Assembly: GCA_002269645.1 (NCBI GenBank)
Contig: NIVC01003407.1
Coordinates: 1-22,626, forward strand
Direction of reading: 5' to 3'
DNA from: Macrostomum lignano
Lineage: Eukaryota
Length of the DNA stretch: 22,626 bases
The notes under the pieces were generated by a model. That model saw only the letters and a program-made list of their open reading frames with translations, was not told where the DNA came from and searched no databases. A program made the position numbers and the translations under genes. Below, piece by piece: positions 1 through 9,926 of this stretch; within the stretch, counting starts at the first letter, position 1, and every line of letters starts with the position of its first letter.

Positions 1-117
1 TTAGTTAGTTAATTTGTTTAGTTAGTTAGTTAATTTGTTTAGTTAGTTAGTTAGTTAGTTATTGTTAGTTAGTTAGTTAGTTAGTTAGTTAATTTGTTAG
101 TTAGTTAGTTAGTTAGT

Positions 118-148
<31 letters not shown>

Positions 149-186
149 ATTTGTTAGTTAGTTTAGTCGTTAGTTAGCGTAGTTAG
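1..186. repeat. (TTAG)n tetranucleotide microsatellite, runs off left edge
   Basis: Directly visible TTAG tandem units with occasional TTAATTTG interruptions. Confidence 0.97.
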
Positions 187-508
187 TCAGTCGTCAGTCA
201 GTAAGTTAGTCAGTCAGTCAGTCAGTCAGTCAGTCAGTCAGTCAGTCAGTCAGTCAGTCAGTCAGTCAGTCAGTCAGTCACAGTCAGTCAGTCAGTCAGT
301 CAGTCAGTCAGTCAGTCAGTCAGTCAGTCAGTCAGTCAGTCAGTCAGTCAGTCAGTCAGTCAGTCAGTCAGTCAGTCAGTCAGTCAGTCAGTCAGTCCAG
401 TCAGTCAAGCTAGTCAGCCAGTCAGTCAGTCAGTCAGTCTGTCAGCAGTCAGTCAGTCAGTCAGTCAGTCAGTCAGTCAGTCAGTCAGTCAGTCAGTCAG
501 AGTCAGTC
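187..508. repeat. (TCAG)n tetranucleotide microsatellite
   Basis: Near-perfect GTCA/TCAG tandem units contiguous with the TTAG tract. Confidence 0.97.
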
Positions 509-1055
509 CCAAATACATACATTGTAAGAATATGCGTGTAAACGTGTTTACAACCCATAAGCCAGATTAGACCGTTTTAACAGAGTCATATGACTTTAAA
601 TTCAACCATATAGCTAGCAATATGCAATATGTATTCATATGTAAAAAGTGTTTAATAATTTTAGCTTGCATGGAAAAGGCTCATCTGGCATCTCCGCAGT
701 CACATGCCTCACGAGTCGCTCAAGCTACTGCTCTTATCTTGTATTGGATATTTGCCCTGGCACTGTACTGAAGCACTGTACATACAGCCTATGAGCAGTT
801 ACTCAGAATCTTATCTTTGAGTAATGTTTACGCAGACTAACTAATTCACAGAGCACAAATCGCAATTTTCTGTGGGAATATAAAACTCAAAATTGGGATT
901 CATGTTTATTCTTAAGCGAGTAGTCAACTCAACCATTATTTGTAGTGACTAACTAAACACCTGCAAATTTTTTGGTAAGTATTACTTTTTTAAAAACTGC
1001 ACAAATAGCTTGAAATGTGTCGAATTGGGAAAAACCTGAAGATCTTAACTTAACA

Positions 1056-3020
1056 CATCCTGACCCTCACTGATATGGGATCCTGACCCTCACTGATCTG
1101 GCATCCTGACCCTCACTGATCTGGCATCCTGACCCTCACTGATCTGGCATCCTGACCCTCACTGATCTGGCATCCTGACCCTCACTGATCTGGCATCCTG
1201 ACCCTCACTGATCTGGCATCCTGACCCTCACTGATCTGGCATCCTGACCCTCACTGCTGACATCCTGACCTTAAATGATCTGACATCCTGACCTAATGAT
1301 CTGACATCCTGTCCGTAAATGATCTGACATCCTGTCCTTAAATGATCTGACATCCTGACCTTTAATGATCTGACATCCTGACCTTAAATGATCTGACATC
1401 CTGTCCTTAAATGATCTGACATCCTGTCCTTAAATGATCTGACATCCTGTCCTTAAATGATCTGACATCCTGACCTTAAATGGTCTGACATCCCGTCCTT
1501 AAATGATCTGACATCCTGTCCTTAAATGATCTGACATCCTGTCCTTAAATGATCTGACATCCTGTCCTTAAATGATCTGACATCCTGACCTTAAATGGTC
1601 TGACATCCTCCTTAAATGATCTGACATCCTGTCCTTAAATGATCTGACATCCTGTCCTTAAATGATCTGACATCCTGTCCTTAAATGATCTGACATCCTG
1701 ACCTTAAATGGTCTGACATCCCGTCCTTAAATGATCTGACATCCTGTCCTTAAATGATCTGACATCCTGTCCTTAAATGATCTGACATCCTTAAATGGTC
1801 TGACATCCCGTCCTTAAATGATCTGACATCCTGTCCTTAAATGATCTGACATCCTGTATAAATGATCTGACATCCTGTCCTTAAATGATCTGACGTCCTG
1901 TCCTTAAATGATCTGACATCCTGTCCTTAAATGATCTGACATCCTGTCCTTAAATGATCTGACATCCTGACCTTTAATGATCTGACATCCTGTCCGTAAA
2001 TGATCTGACATCCTGTCCTGAAATGATCTGACATCCTGACCTTTAATGATCTGACATCCTGTCCTTAAATGATCTGACATCCCGTCCTTAAATGATCTGA
2101 CATCCTGTCCTTAAATGATCTGACATCCTGTCCTTAAATGATCTGACATCCTGACCTTAAATGGTCTGACATCCCGTCCTTAAATGATCTGACATCCTGT
2201 CCTTAAATGATCTGACATCCTGTCCTTAAATGATCTGACATCCTGTCCTTAAATGATCTGACGTCCTGTCCTTAAATGATCTGACATCCTGTCCTTAAAT
2301 GATCTGACGTCCTGTCCTTAAATGATCTGACATCCTGTCCTTAAATGATCTGACGTCCTGTCCTTAAATGATCTGATATACTGAACTTAAATGATCTGAC
2401 GTCCTGTCCTTAAATGATCTGACATCCTGTCCTTAAATGATCTGACATCCTGTCCTTAAATGAACAGACCTTAAATGGTCTGACATCCCGTCCTTAAATG
2501 ATCTGACATCCTGTCCTTAAATGATCTGACATCCTGTCCTTAAATGATCTGACATCCTGTCCTTAAATGATCTGACGTCCTGTCCTTAAATGATCTGACA
2601 TCCTGTCCTTAAATGATCTGACGTCCTGTCCTTAAATGATCTGACATCCTGTCCTTAAATGATCTGACATCCTGTCCTTAAATGATCTGACGTCCTGTCC
2701 TTAAATGATCTGACATCCCGTCCTTAAATGATCTGACGTCCTGTCCTTAAATGATCTGACATCCTGTCCTTAACTGATCTGACATCCTGTCCTTAAATGA
2801 TCTGACGTCCTGTCCTTAAATGATCTGACATCCTGTCCTTAAATGATCTGACGTCCTGTCCTTAAATGATCTGACATCCTGTCCTTAACTGATCTGACAT
2901 CCTGTCCTTAAATGATCTGACGTCCTGTCCTTAAATGATCTGATATACTGAACTTACATGTAGATGATTTGACATCCAGACCCTAGATGAGCTGACACAC
3001 TGGTTCTCACTGATCTGGCA
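1056..3020. repeat. 23-bp minisatellite, about 80 copies, two unit types
   Basis: Unit A ATCCTGACCCTCACTGATCTGGC at ~1056-1257; unit B ATCCTGTCCTTAAATGATCTGAC at ~1260-2945; degenerate copies to ~3020. No unique spacers. Confidence 0.97.
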
Positions 3021-3494
3021 CATGCACTCAGCAACATGTTAAAGTTTCCATACCTAAGCCAGCGGTCAACTTCTGTCAGATCTCACCCCCAAGTGACGCA
3101 ACTCAAACCACACCCACAATTCTCGTCTCAACGTTAACTGTGCAGGAGAGTTATGACCAAGAGTTTGATTAGGGTTCTCACTTGTGGACCACTGGTTTTT
3201 GGGGTTGGGGTCAGTGACGATTTGTTAGTGCAATTCCGAATTTTTTAGTCTAAATCAATCCTACATACGAAAAGTATAAGCTTGAGAGTCGATGCAAAAG
3301 TTGGTCTATGGTCGAAACTCCGAGCGCAGCGAATGCGCCGGACTGTCCCACCAAGACCCAGCTGGTTTAATCTCGTGCGCGGCCGCGAACTACGATACTG
3401 AATGCAGTTTCAGCAAGAAAGCCATAGACTATAGAACTGCCATCGAACTGCATGCCTCTTGGCTTCATCGGCCATAGACAACTTGCTCATCCTT

Positions 3495-3503
3495 TATATA
3501 TAT
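3495..3503 (+). promoter_or_regulatory. Candidate TATA element upstream of pacifastin-like gene
   Basis: TATATATAT about 100 bp upstream of ATG 3600; position only, no transcript evidence. Confidence 0.35.
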
Positions 3504-3599
3504 GGTAGATAAATTCAATCACTCTCATGGCTCTCGCTAAATCTACAGTTCATCAACTCCGCAAACCTCGCATTCGCAGTCAACTAAGCCGCAACGAGC

Positions 3600-3925
3600 A
3601 TGTCCAAGTTCCGACCAATTGTTGCTGTTGCATCTCTGCTTTTGTTGCTGCTCCTAGTAGTAGCACCGGACACCGCACTCGCAAGATGCACCCGGAGCCC
3701 TGTTTTGAACCGGCTGACTTCTGTAGAGAGACCGGCCACGGCGGCTTCACGTTCTCACCCGATGGCTGCAACACCTGCCGGTGCACTCAGGACGGCCAGC
3801 TGGAGAGCTGCACGATGGTGATGTGCCCGCAGGATATGAGCGACAAGGCCTGGACTGATCATTGCGCCGAGCTGCGTCGCAAGGCTGAGGCGCCGATCCC
3901 AGTGCAGGAAGACGAAGCTCTGTAG
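3600..3925 (+). CDS. Small secreted pacifastin-like (CNxCxC...CTxxxC) serine-protease-inhibitor precursor, ~108 aa, broken by a 1-nt frameshift near 3684-3700
   Basis: Frame from ATG 3600 gives a signal peptide MSKFRPIVAVASLLLLLLLVVAPDTALA. The overlapping frame (ORF 3527-3925) gives C-RETGHGGFTFSPDG-CNTCRC-TQDG-QLES-CTMVMC, matching the pacifastin consensus C-x9-12-CNxCxC-x2-3-G-x3-6-CTx3C except for a 14-residue first gap. Adding one base joins the two frames. Confidence 0.65.
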
Positions 3926-4449
3926 GACTGGAAATTACACCTGCTCACGCGTGGGCTTCATGTTTATTCAGATAGTTCAGCATTGCAGCTGCTTCAATTG
4001 TTGAACCGAAATACAATGCATCAGTGTTTTATGATGTGTGGTCAAATTTATTTGAAGTTAATATCACAGAAAACATCGTAACGATTGTAGTTAATTTATT
4101 TTCTAAGCCAATCGAACCTCCGCTCGCACCGATTAGCTACTGAAGATTCCTTGTTGTCTATGGTAAATGCGTTGCAAGCTGCAGCACTGATTCATAGAAA
4201 ACCCTCTCCTGTTCAAGCTTTTAGAAGTTGAGTTTATCATATTTTCTCAACCATTCGGTAAGCCTGCAAAATGGTTACAATAGGATTAAAAGAAGCTATT
4301 TAGGTAAATGATTATGCACATCAAATTAATAAAACTTTTGACGACTTCTATTGGCGTGTCAATATTTACACATCCCAAAAAACATGCAATGCAATGGCTG
4401 GCTTCGTGGAGCAAAATTATTCTCCAAATTTTAACAGACGAAGAATTTG

Positions 4450-5376
4450 TGGACGACCGGACTGCTGTCACTGCCGACAACATCCAGCGCATCCAGGCTC
4501 TGGTTGACATTGACCAGCGTGAAAGTCAGGGAACTTGCGGCAGACACTGGACTCTCTGACCCGCAAGTCATTGAGATCCTGCACCAGCATCTTCATCTGT
4601 CCAAGGTTTCTGCCAGATGGATCCCACGAATCTTGACAAGGGACCAAAAGACCGCACGGGTGCAGTACTCAAAGCTTGTCCTGGACTCCTACGATCCGGA
4701 CCCTGCCAACTTTCTGTCCTGCTGCGTGACCGGGGATGAAACGTGGATCCATCACCACGATCCCGAGTCCAAGCAGGAGTCCAAGCAGTGGCTGCCAGTT
4801 GGTTCACCTGCACCACTGAAGGCACGGACTGCATGCAGTGCGGCAAGATTATGCTCACCGTCTTCTGGGATGCCAAGGGCCCGCTGCTGCTGGACTTTCT
4901 ACCGCACAAGCAGACAGTCACAGGCGCCTACTACGCTGACCTGATCGCCCGTCTGCGCGAAGCAATCAAGGAAAATAGGCGAGGGATGCTGAGCCGAGGT
5001 GTTGTGCTGCTGCACGACAATGCGCCGGCCCACACTAGCAGGATTGCCAAGGCTGCTGTCAGTGTCGCAGGGTTTCGAGAACTGCCGCACCCAGCCTATT
5101 CACCAGACCTGGCCCGAGCGACTTCCACCTGTTTCCACATCTCAAGCGGCGCTCCGTGGACAGCGATTTGACACTGATGATGCGCTGAAGATGTGCAACT
5201 GCTTGGTTTGAGGGCTGTCGTGCAATTCTTCCAGAGTGGCATTGAGGCGCTGCGATTCAAGATGCCATAAGTGCATGCTTGGTTGGGGGAGACTATGTTG
5301 AGAAAAGCTGATCTCACTTTGCCCATATCTCCTCTCTTTCATATTAAGGCTCAGAACTTTAATAGTGCCCCTCGTA
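4450..5376 (+). mobile_element. Mariner (Tc1/mariner, D,D34D) transposon relic, 5'-truncated
   Basis: Motifs across shifting frames: RWIPRIL (WVPHEL equivalent), VTGDETW, IMLTVFWD, LLHDNAPAH, YSPDLA(P)SDF, terminal GDYVEK (stop 5309-5311). 34 residues separate the HDN and SDF aspartates. The right end reads TA-CGAGGGGCACTATTAAAG on the minus strand with TA at 5375-5376. No matching left TIR seen. Confidence 0.93.
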
Positions 5377-6093
5377 CATTGTGGAACCGGGCTCCGTCCA
5401 TCACGATGTAACACTGCCCAGCGATGTACTGACTTGGTCACTTTCTCTGACATGGAAAAAACTGAGAGTGGAAGGGCATGGACACCGCCACAGATATCCC
5501 TCTGTGGACAGCGCTGCATGGACAGGCTTAAATGAGAGCCGGCAGATTGCCTGCCGGCTTGACACACTGGTGGACCGAGTGGTGACAACTAGCAGGGAGG
5601 CTCAAAATGCTGCTGCTGCCGCTGATGAACACCTTCAATTTGTCTGGGCGCCAGGATTCGGCCGAAATTAAGCGGGAATTTCTCCTAACACCCCAGTTAG
5701 GATTAGAAGATGCCGCTCTGGATAACGGACTGGGCGTGGATTGCACTGAACAAATTATCTGCGGAATCTCTTGAACACTTCACGACAATTCACGAAGTAA
5801 AGAGAAAAGCTGCAATACTAGCTCTGCCCAATGGTTCTAACTTGATCGCAGCTGCTGACTCGATCCATTGTAGAGCATTTGAGAGTAAATACTGTACAGT
5901 ACAAGCTATGTCACCTGAACGCAGCTTTTTTGGTCCTGACGCGCTTGGAAAGGTTAAAATTAAAATGGACTTACATGTACATGAAGCCTATGGACTTTTA
6001 TGAACTTTCTTATAGCATTATGGACTAGCAAAAACAGAAATAGGCTAGCACTTGATTTAAAATCTATTTAGAAAAAAATATTAAATACGAGCT

Positions 6094-6237
6094 AAAACAG
6101 AGGAAGACGTACAGGCAATAAAATTCTTATAGCTCTGGACATAGTTTCGGAATGAGCCCTTAATTGTATTTTTTTCAAAAAAATGGTTAAATAAAACGGA
6201 GGAAGACGTACATACAGGTAATAAAACTCTAAGCTCT
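6094..6237 (+). repeat. Imperfect ~45-bp direct repeat, two copies ~100 bp apart
   Basis: AAAACAGAGGAAGACGTACAGGCAATAAAATTCTTATAGCTCT (6094) vs AAAACGGAGGAAGACGTACATACAGGTAATAAAACTCTAAGCTCT (6193). Confidence 0.8.
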
Positions 6238-6643
6238 ATAGTTTAGCGGCACAATACAGCGTCAGAATTCCGCACGTCAGCGCAACGTCAGCATACCGCA
6301 GAGTGGATCATTTTCACGAGTAACCAAAGAAAATTCTTCTTTAAAAATTTCATGAATCGACTAGATTATTTTACTCGTAACATTCTAATCAATGCATTTA
6401 AACAGTCTATGATTTTTAAATTAAAAAATTTAAGTTTTGGTCAAAACGAGTAAGTTCAACCGTATTTTCAAGAATTCAGAATTTTATTACAGGCAATAGC
6501 TGCATGTGTTGCAATTTTACCGGGCAGCTACAACATCCGGCACGACCAACTGTGCATGATTAATTACCGCTCCAGTTTGAAGACGCTGGCATTAAACTTT
6601 AATTGCAAAAATCACCGAAATACTTCCTAGCTGTCGAATTCAA

Positions 6644-6650
6644 TATAAAA
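6644..6650 (+). promoter_or_regulatory. TATA box of secreted peptide gene copy 1
   Basis: TATAAAA in context GAATTCAATATAAAAGCAAGCG, conserved exactly in copy 2, 78 bp upstream of the ATG. Confidence 0.6.
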
Positions 6651-6721
6651 GCAAGCGTGTATCGTGATTATAGGCTAAGTAATTTCAAAATCAGTTAAAG
6701 CACTGAAATACCGATTGAGCA

Positions 6722-7092
6722 ATGAACTTCAGTTTGAAATTTCGGACTCGAATCGTCGTGCTGCTACTTGTGGCAGCCACAGGCGTCAGTGGCAGCTACA
6801 ATTGCTTCTCACATTACGGCATAGAGGTCGTTCCGGGCTACGAAGAAGCGCTGATCCGTGGCTTTATGAACGATTTAGGAATGAGCCCAGATGAGCCTCT
6901 CCTTGCGATGGACTACAAGGAACTCGTAACCCAAATGATATGATGTACTGCTTGGGCGATATGGTCAAACACGACTGGGGCGACCCCTGTGACAAGCGCG
7001 AGGTGATGCAGTGTTCGCTCTGCCCAATATTTTCACAGGTGTATGCAGCATGCAACAATGCAGACGTTTCGAGATGCTATTATATTTGGTAA
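6722..7092 (+). CDS. Secreted 7-Cys peptide precursor of unknown family, copy 1 (123 aa after restoring one G at ~6937)
   Basis: Signal-peptide-like MNFSLKFRTRIVVLLLVAATGVSG. After a 1-nt shift the frame continues MMYCLGDMVKHDWGDPCDKREVMQCSLCPIFSQVYAACNNADVSRCYYIW* (TAA 7090-7092). Copy 2 is in frame across this point, confirming the reading. Confidence 0.8.
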
Positions 7093-8850
7093 TCACTGCT
7101 TATATATTGTCTGATGTACGTACCACACTGAAACCCAATCGCTATGCATAATTCACTCAGAATCTGCATGGGATTTTGATTAAAATACACGTCTACTGAA
7201 AGAACTGTTTCAGTCAAATTTCAAGCATCTATTATTGCATAAAATGGTGTTATCAATGTTTCTTTAACCTCGTGACATTCAAACAGAGTAAAAATTGACT
7301 TTGCCTGTTCATCAGTTGCACCGACACAGTCTTTAAGGTTTGAGGTGATGACTGTCAGGACTGTACAAAGAAGTGACATTTTGGAGCTTAAGAAACGTCG
7401 ACACGCACTGACCAATTTTCGGAACAAGAAATCACAACTACTCTATACAGTAGAATTTTATGAGAAAAAAACTGTTGCGGGAATATAGTAATGGATAATA
7501 AAGTCAGAATAATATAGTTGCGTAAGAGTGAGTTGATATATATATAATGGTTCTCTTCCAGCCAGAACATACACATGCAATGTAATAATCCTACAGAGTA
7601 GAGTTTTTTGTTGTCTTACACAAAAGGTCATACAGTGTCGTTGTGATATTACTCGTATTTTGCTAACGGTAGTATCGCGGTAAGCCATAGTACTTGTAAT
7701 GTTAAATCGCGGGACGCACTCGGTTGATTTTCGGTTGCATCCAGAAAGCCTAGGCAGATCTCTTCAGGTGTGATGTCAGTCGAGGAAGTCGCTTAATTGT
7801 CCTGCGAGGTAGAAGATATATGACAGACGGAGTTGGCGGTCGTACGGAATCGGCCAGCAGGTGTTGTACTTGTGTGGCTGCCTCATGGAGTGAATCGTTG
7901 TGGATGATGAAGTACCATGATGGCATTGTTTGGGCAGATATGACGCTGTTGTGATGTAACGTCAGCAGCAGTTTGGTGCTGCTGCATACGTTTCTCAACT
8001 GTTCTGCCAATTGAGCGGTTAAAGAGTTTAATCGGGTGGTGATCAGTCACTCGAAAACTCCCACTTCCAGACCTTAAGCCTGGGAACAAAATTCAGTGAT
8101 CGCGGTGGTGTCAGGCAAGCTCCAGCAAGCATCAGCGGCGCCAGTGACAACGCTCAGGACATCTCCAGTACGACCGAGAGTCGCGGTACAAGGACTTCTG
8201 CTGGCGAGGCATGTGCAGCCCGACGAAGGAGGTTCAGCAGCCACGGTGGCAGACAGCGATGACCAGGGCCTAGCGACATCACCGGTTTTCGGCGTCAGCA
8301 AGCGACTTCGGGTGCCAGAGTGCCAATCGTCGAGTCGGCTCGCGAATCGTCGGGTGTCCGTCGTGTTGGAGTCGAGTAGGAGTCCGGCGCAGCCCATTCG
8401 GCCTGATTTACTTCATTTTAGTGTATTTTTCATCATGCTTTTTGGTTCATGTTTTTTTTCAATTGACAATTTGACATTATTAAACTGTTGCTTTACTTTC
8501 ATGTCGCAAGAAAGTTTTCAACGTTAAAGTAACATCGGTAGACAGTGGTGCAATTTTTTCGTTTCGTTGCGGTTGTCACCCCGAAGTTCTTGCTTTTTTT
8601 ATTTTTCGCGTTTATTTCTCTAACATTTATCGTCCAAAATGCGTTTCCTCAACACTCGTACATTTTTCATATGCGTCAAACTCGTGTTTTCATTATTCGA
8701 ATGTTGCTAACGCAAAGACTGCTCGTCATAAATCTCGTTGTCGTGCTATAAATTATTCGCGTTTATCCTCATTGCGCCGTCGTATCTGTCCAACTCATCG
8801 AATCCTGTCTTTGTCTCCATTCAGTCTTTGTTCTTGTGACTCGCCTTTTT

Positions 8851-9311
8851 AAGGAGGGGAGGATGTTGTGCAATCGTGCCCTTTCTCGCCCTCCTGCCCC
8901 GCCCCAACCCTCCAGTCTGCCCCACCCCTCCAATCAATAATCAATGCGTACGCCGATCACGCCACCCCGCCCCACCTCCCCTGCTGTACCGTACATTTGT
9001 TCTTAAGTTATATTCATGTACGCGTAGGACCAATGAAAAATATATATTCGCTGTCTGGAGGGCAGACTCCTCCCTTGCGCGCGTTGGTCCGCCTCCGTTG
9101 GCTATTGAATAAAACGACTCGTCGATCTACCATAAAAAGTGCACGGCGAACTGCATCGGCTACGGTGTGTAAGTTCGTGTTCGCGAGTTACTGCCCTTTT
9201 TCTGCTTCTCCCTAGGGCGCGGGACGGGAGCTCTGACTGGGGACCTGGGGGTCGCAGCTTCCTGACAGGTTAAAGCTGTAGGCGTTGCTCCGGAGGACGG
9301 GGCTCACAACA
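8851..9311 (+). mobile_element. Orphan LTR A (8864-9311, 448 bp) with upstream polypurine tract
   Basis: PPT AAGGAGGGGAGGA 8851-8863; perfect 7-bp terminal inverted repeat TGTTGTG...CACAACA; internal CCAAT 9030, TATATAT 9041, AATAAA 9108 in U3-R-U5 order; no TSD, no PBS. Confidence 0.75.
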
Positions 9312-9593
9312 CTCTCAATAAACAAATAACGAAGACTCGAACAAAGGCTTACCGAACGGTATTTCCCTCAGAGATGTAGCCTTGCTTAGCTGCTCCAGCA
9401 AGCTCAAGATCTTTGGAGGCTGCTCCGAGTCTGATATTTCATCTCGGATTTTTCGATTGTATTTATACACAATCTTTTCGGCCTTGAGTCGACCTTCAGC
9501 TCAATCAATACCTATTTTCTGCTGAGTTCCTTTTTCTGCTGAAAAAGGAATTTTCACGTTCAGCGCTTGGTTGGCAAAATCCAGCCCACGAAG

Positions 9594-9735
9594 TCTCTCT
9601 CTCTCTCTCTCTCTCTCTAATTTCCTCTTTCTTTTTCAGCTCCTCTCTCCTCTTTTCTCCTCTCCTCTCCTTCTCTTCTCCCCATTTTTTTATCCTACCG
9701 CTTCTTTTCTCTCCTCTCTTTTCTCCTATCTCTCT
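9594..9735. repeat. (TC)n microsatellite and CT-rich low-complexity tract
   Basis: About 12 TC units followed by a degenerate pyrimidine tract. Confidence 0.9.
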
Positions 9736-9926
9736 CATCGTCTCTGGCCTGCAGTCATGCACTGGGTTCTCTATCTCGCATTGAAGAAAAAATGTTTTCC
9801 GACCCCTGATGTACATGTAAACAGTAACTCACTCCTGTTAGTTCACGAGTTGTCCGACGAGTACTTTAACCAATGTCGAATCACGTCGGGCTCACCAGTT
9901 GATGAGAAAGTAGAGAGAGAGGAGTG

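Larger units (their letters stand above)
6306..7226 (+). repeat. Dispersed duplication, copy 1 (direct repeat of 19371-20328)
   Basis: Begins GATCATTTTCACGAGTAACCAAAG and ends CAGTCAAATTTCAAGC; collinear similarity to 19371-20328 across promoter, CDS and 3' flank. Confidence 0.95.

Noticed and set aside
1-186. Telomeric repeat
   Set aside because: The unit is TTAG, not TTAGG or TTAGGG, and it merges into TCAG; an ordinary microsatellite.
1056-3020. CRISPR array (23-bp repeats; also the 35-bp repeats at 15254-15428)
   Set aside because: Units are head-to-tail with no unique spacers, there are no cas genes, and the context is eukaryotic.
5674-5683. NF-kB site GGGAATTTCT
   Set aside because: One mismatch to consensus, isolated, and ~1 kb from the nearest gene start; expected by chance.
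5381-6003. ORFs 5381-5671 and 5710-6003 as a gene
   Set aside because: Protein-like composition but no recognisable motif, coherent exon structure or start context; left uncalled.
7750-8400. Degenerate SGNH esterase (minus strand) or integrase tail (plus strand, LPDLKPGNK...ARHVQP) upstream of LTR A
   Set aside because: Only fragmentary motif resemblance in conflicting strands and frames; needs a translated HMM search.
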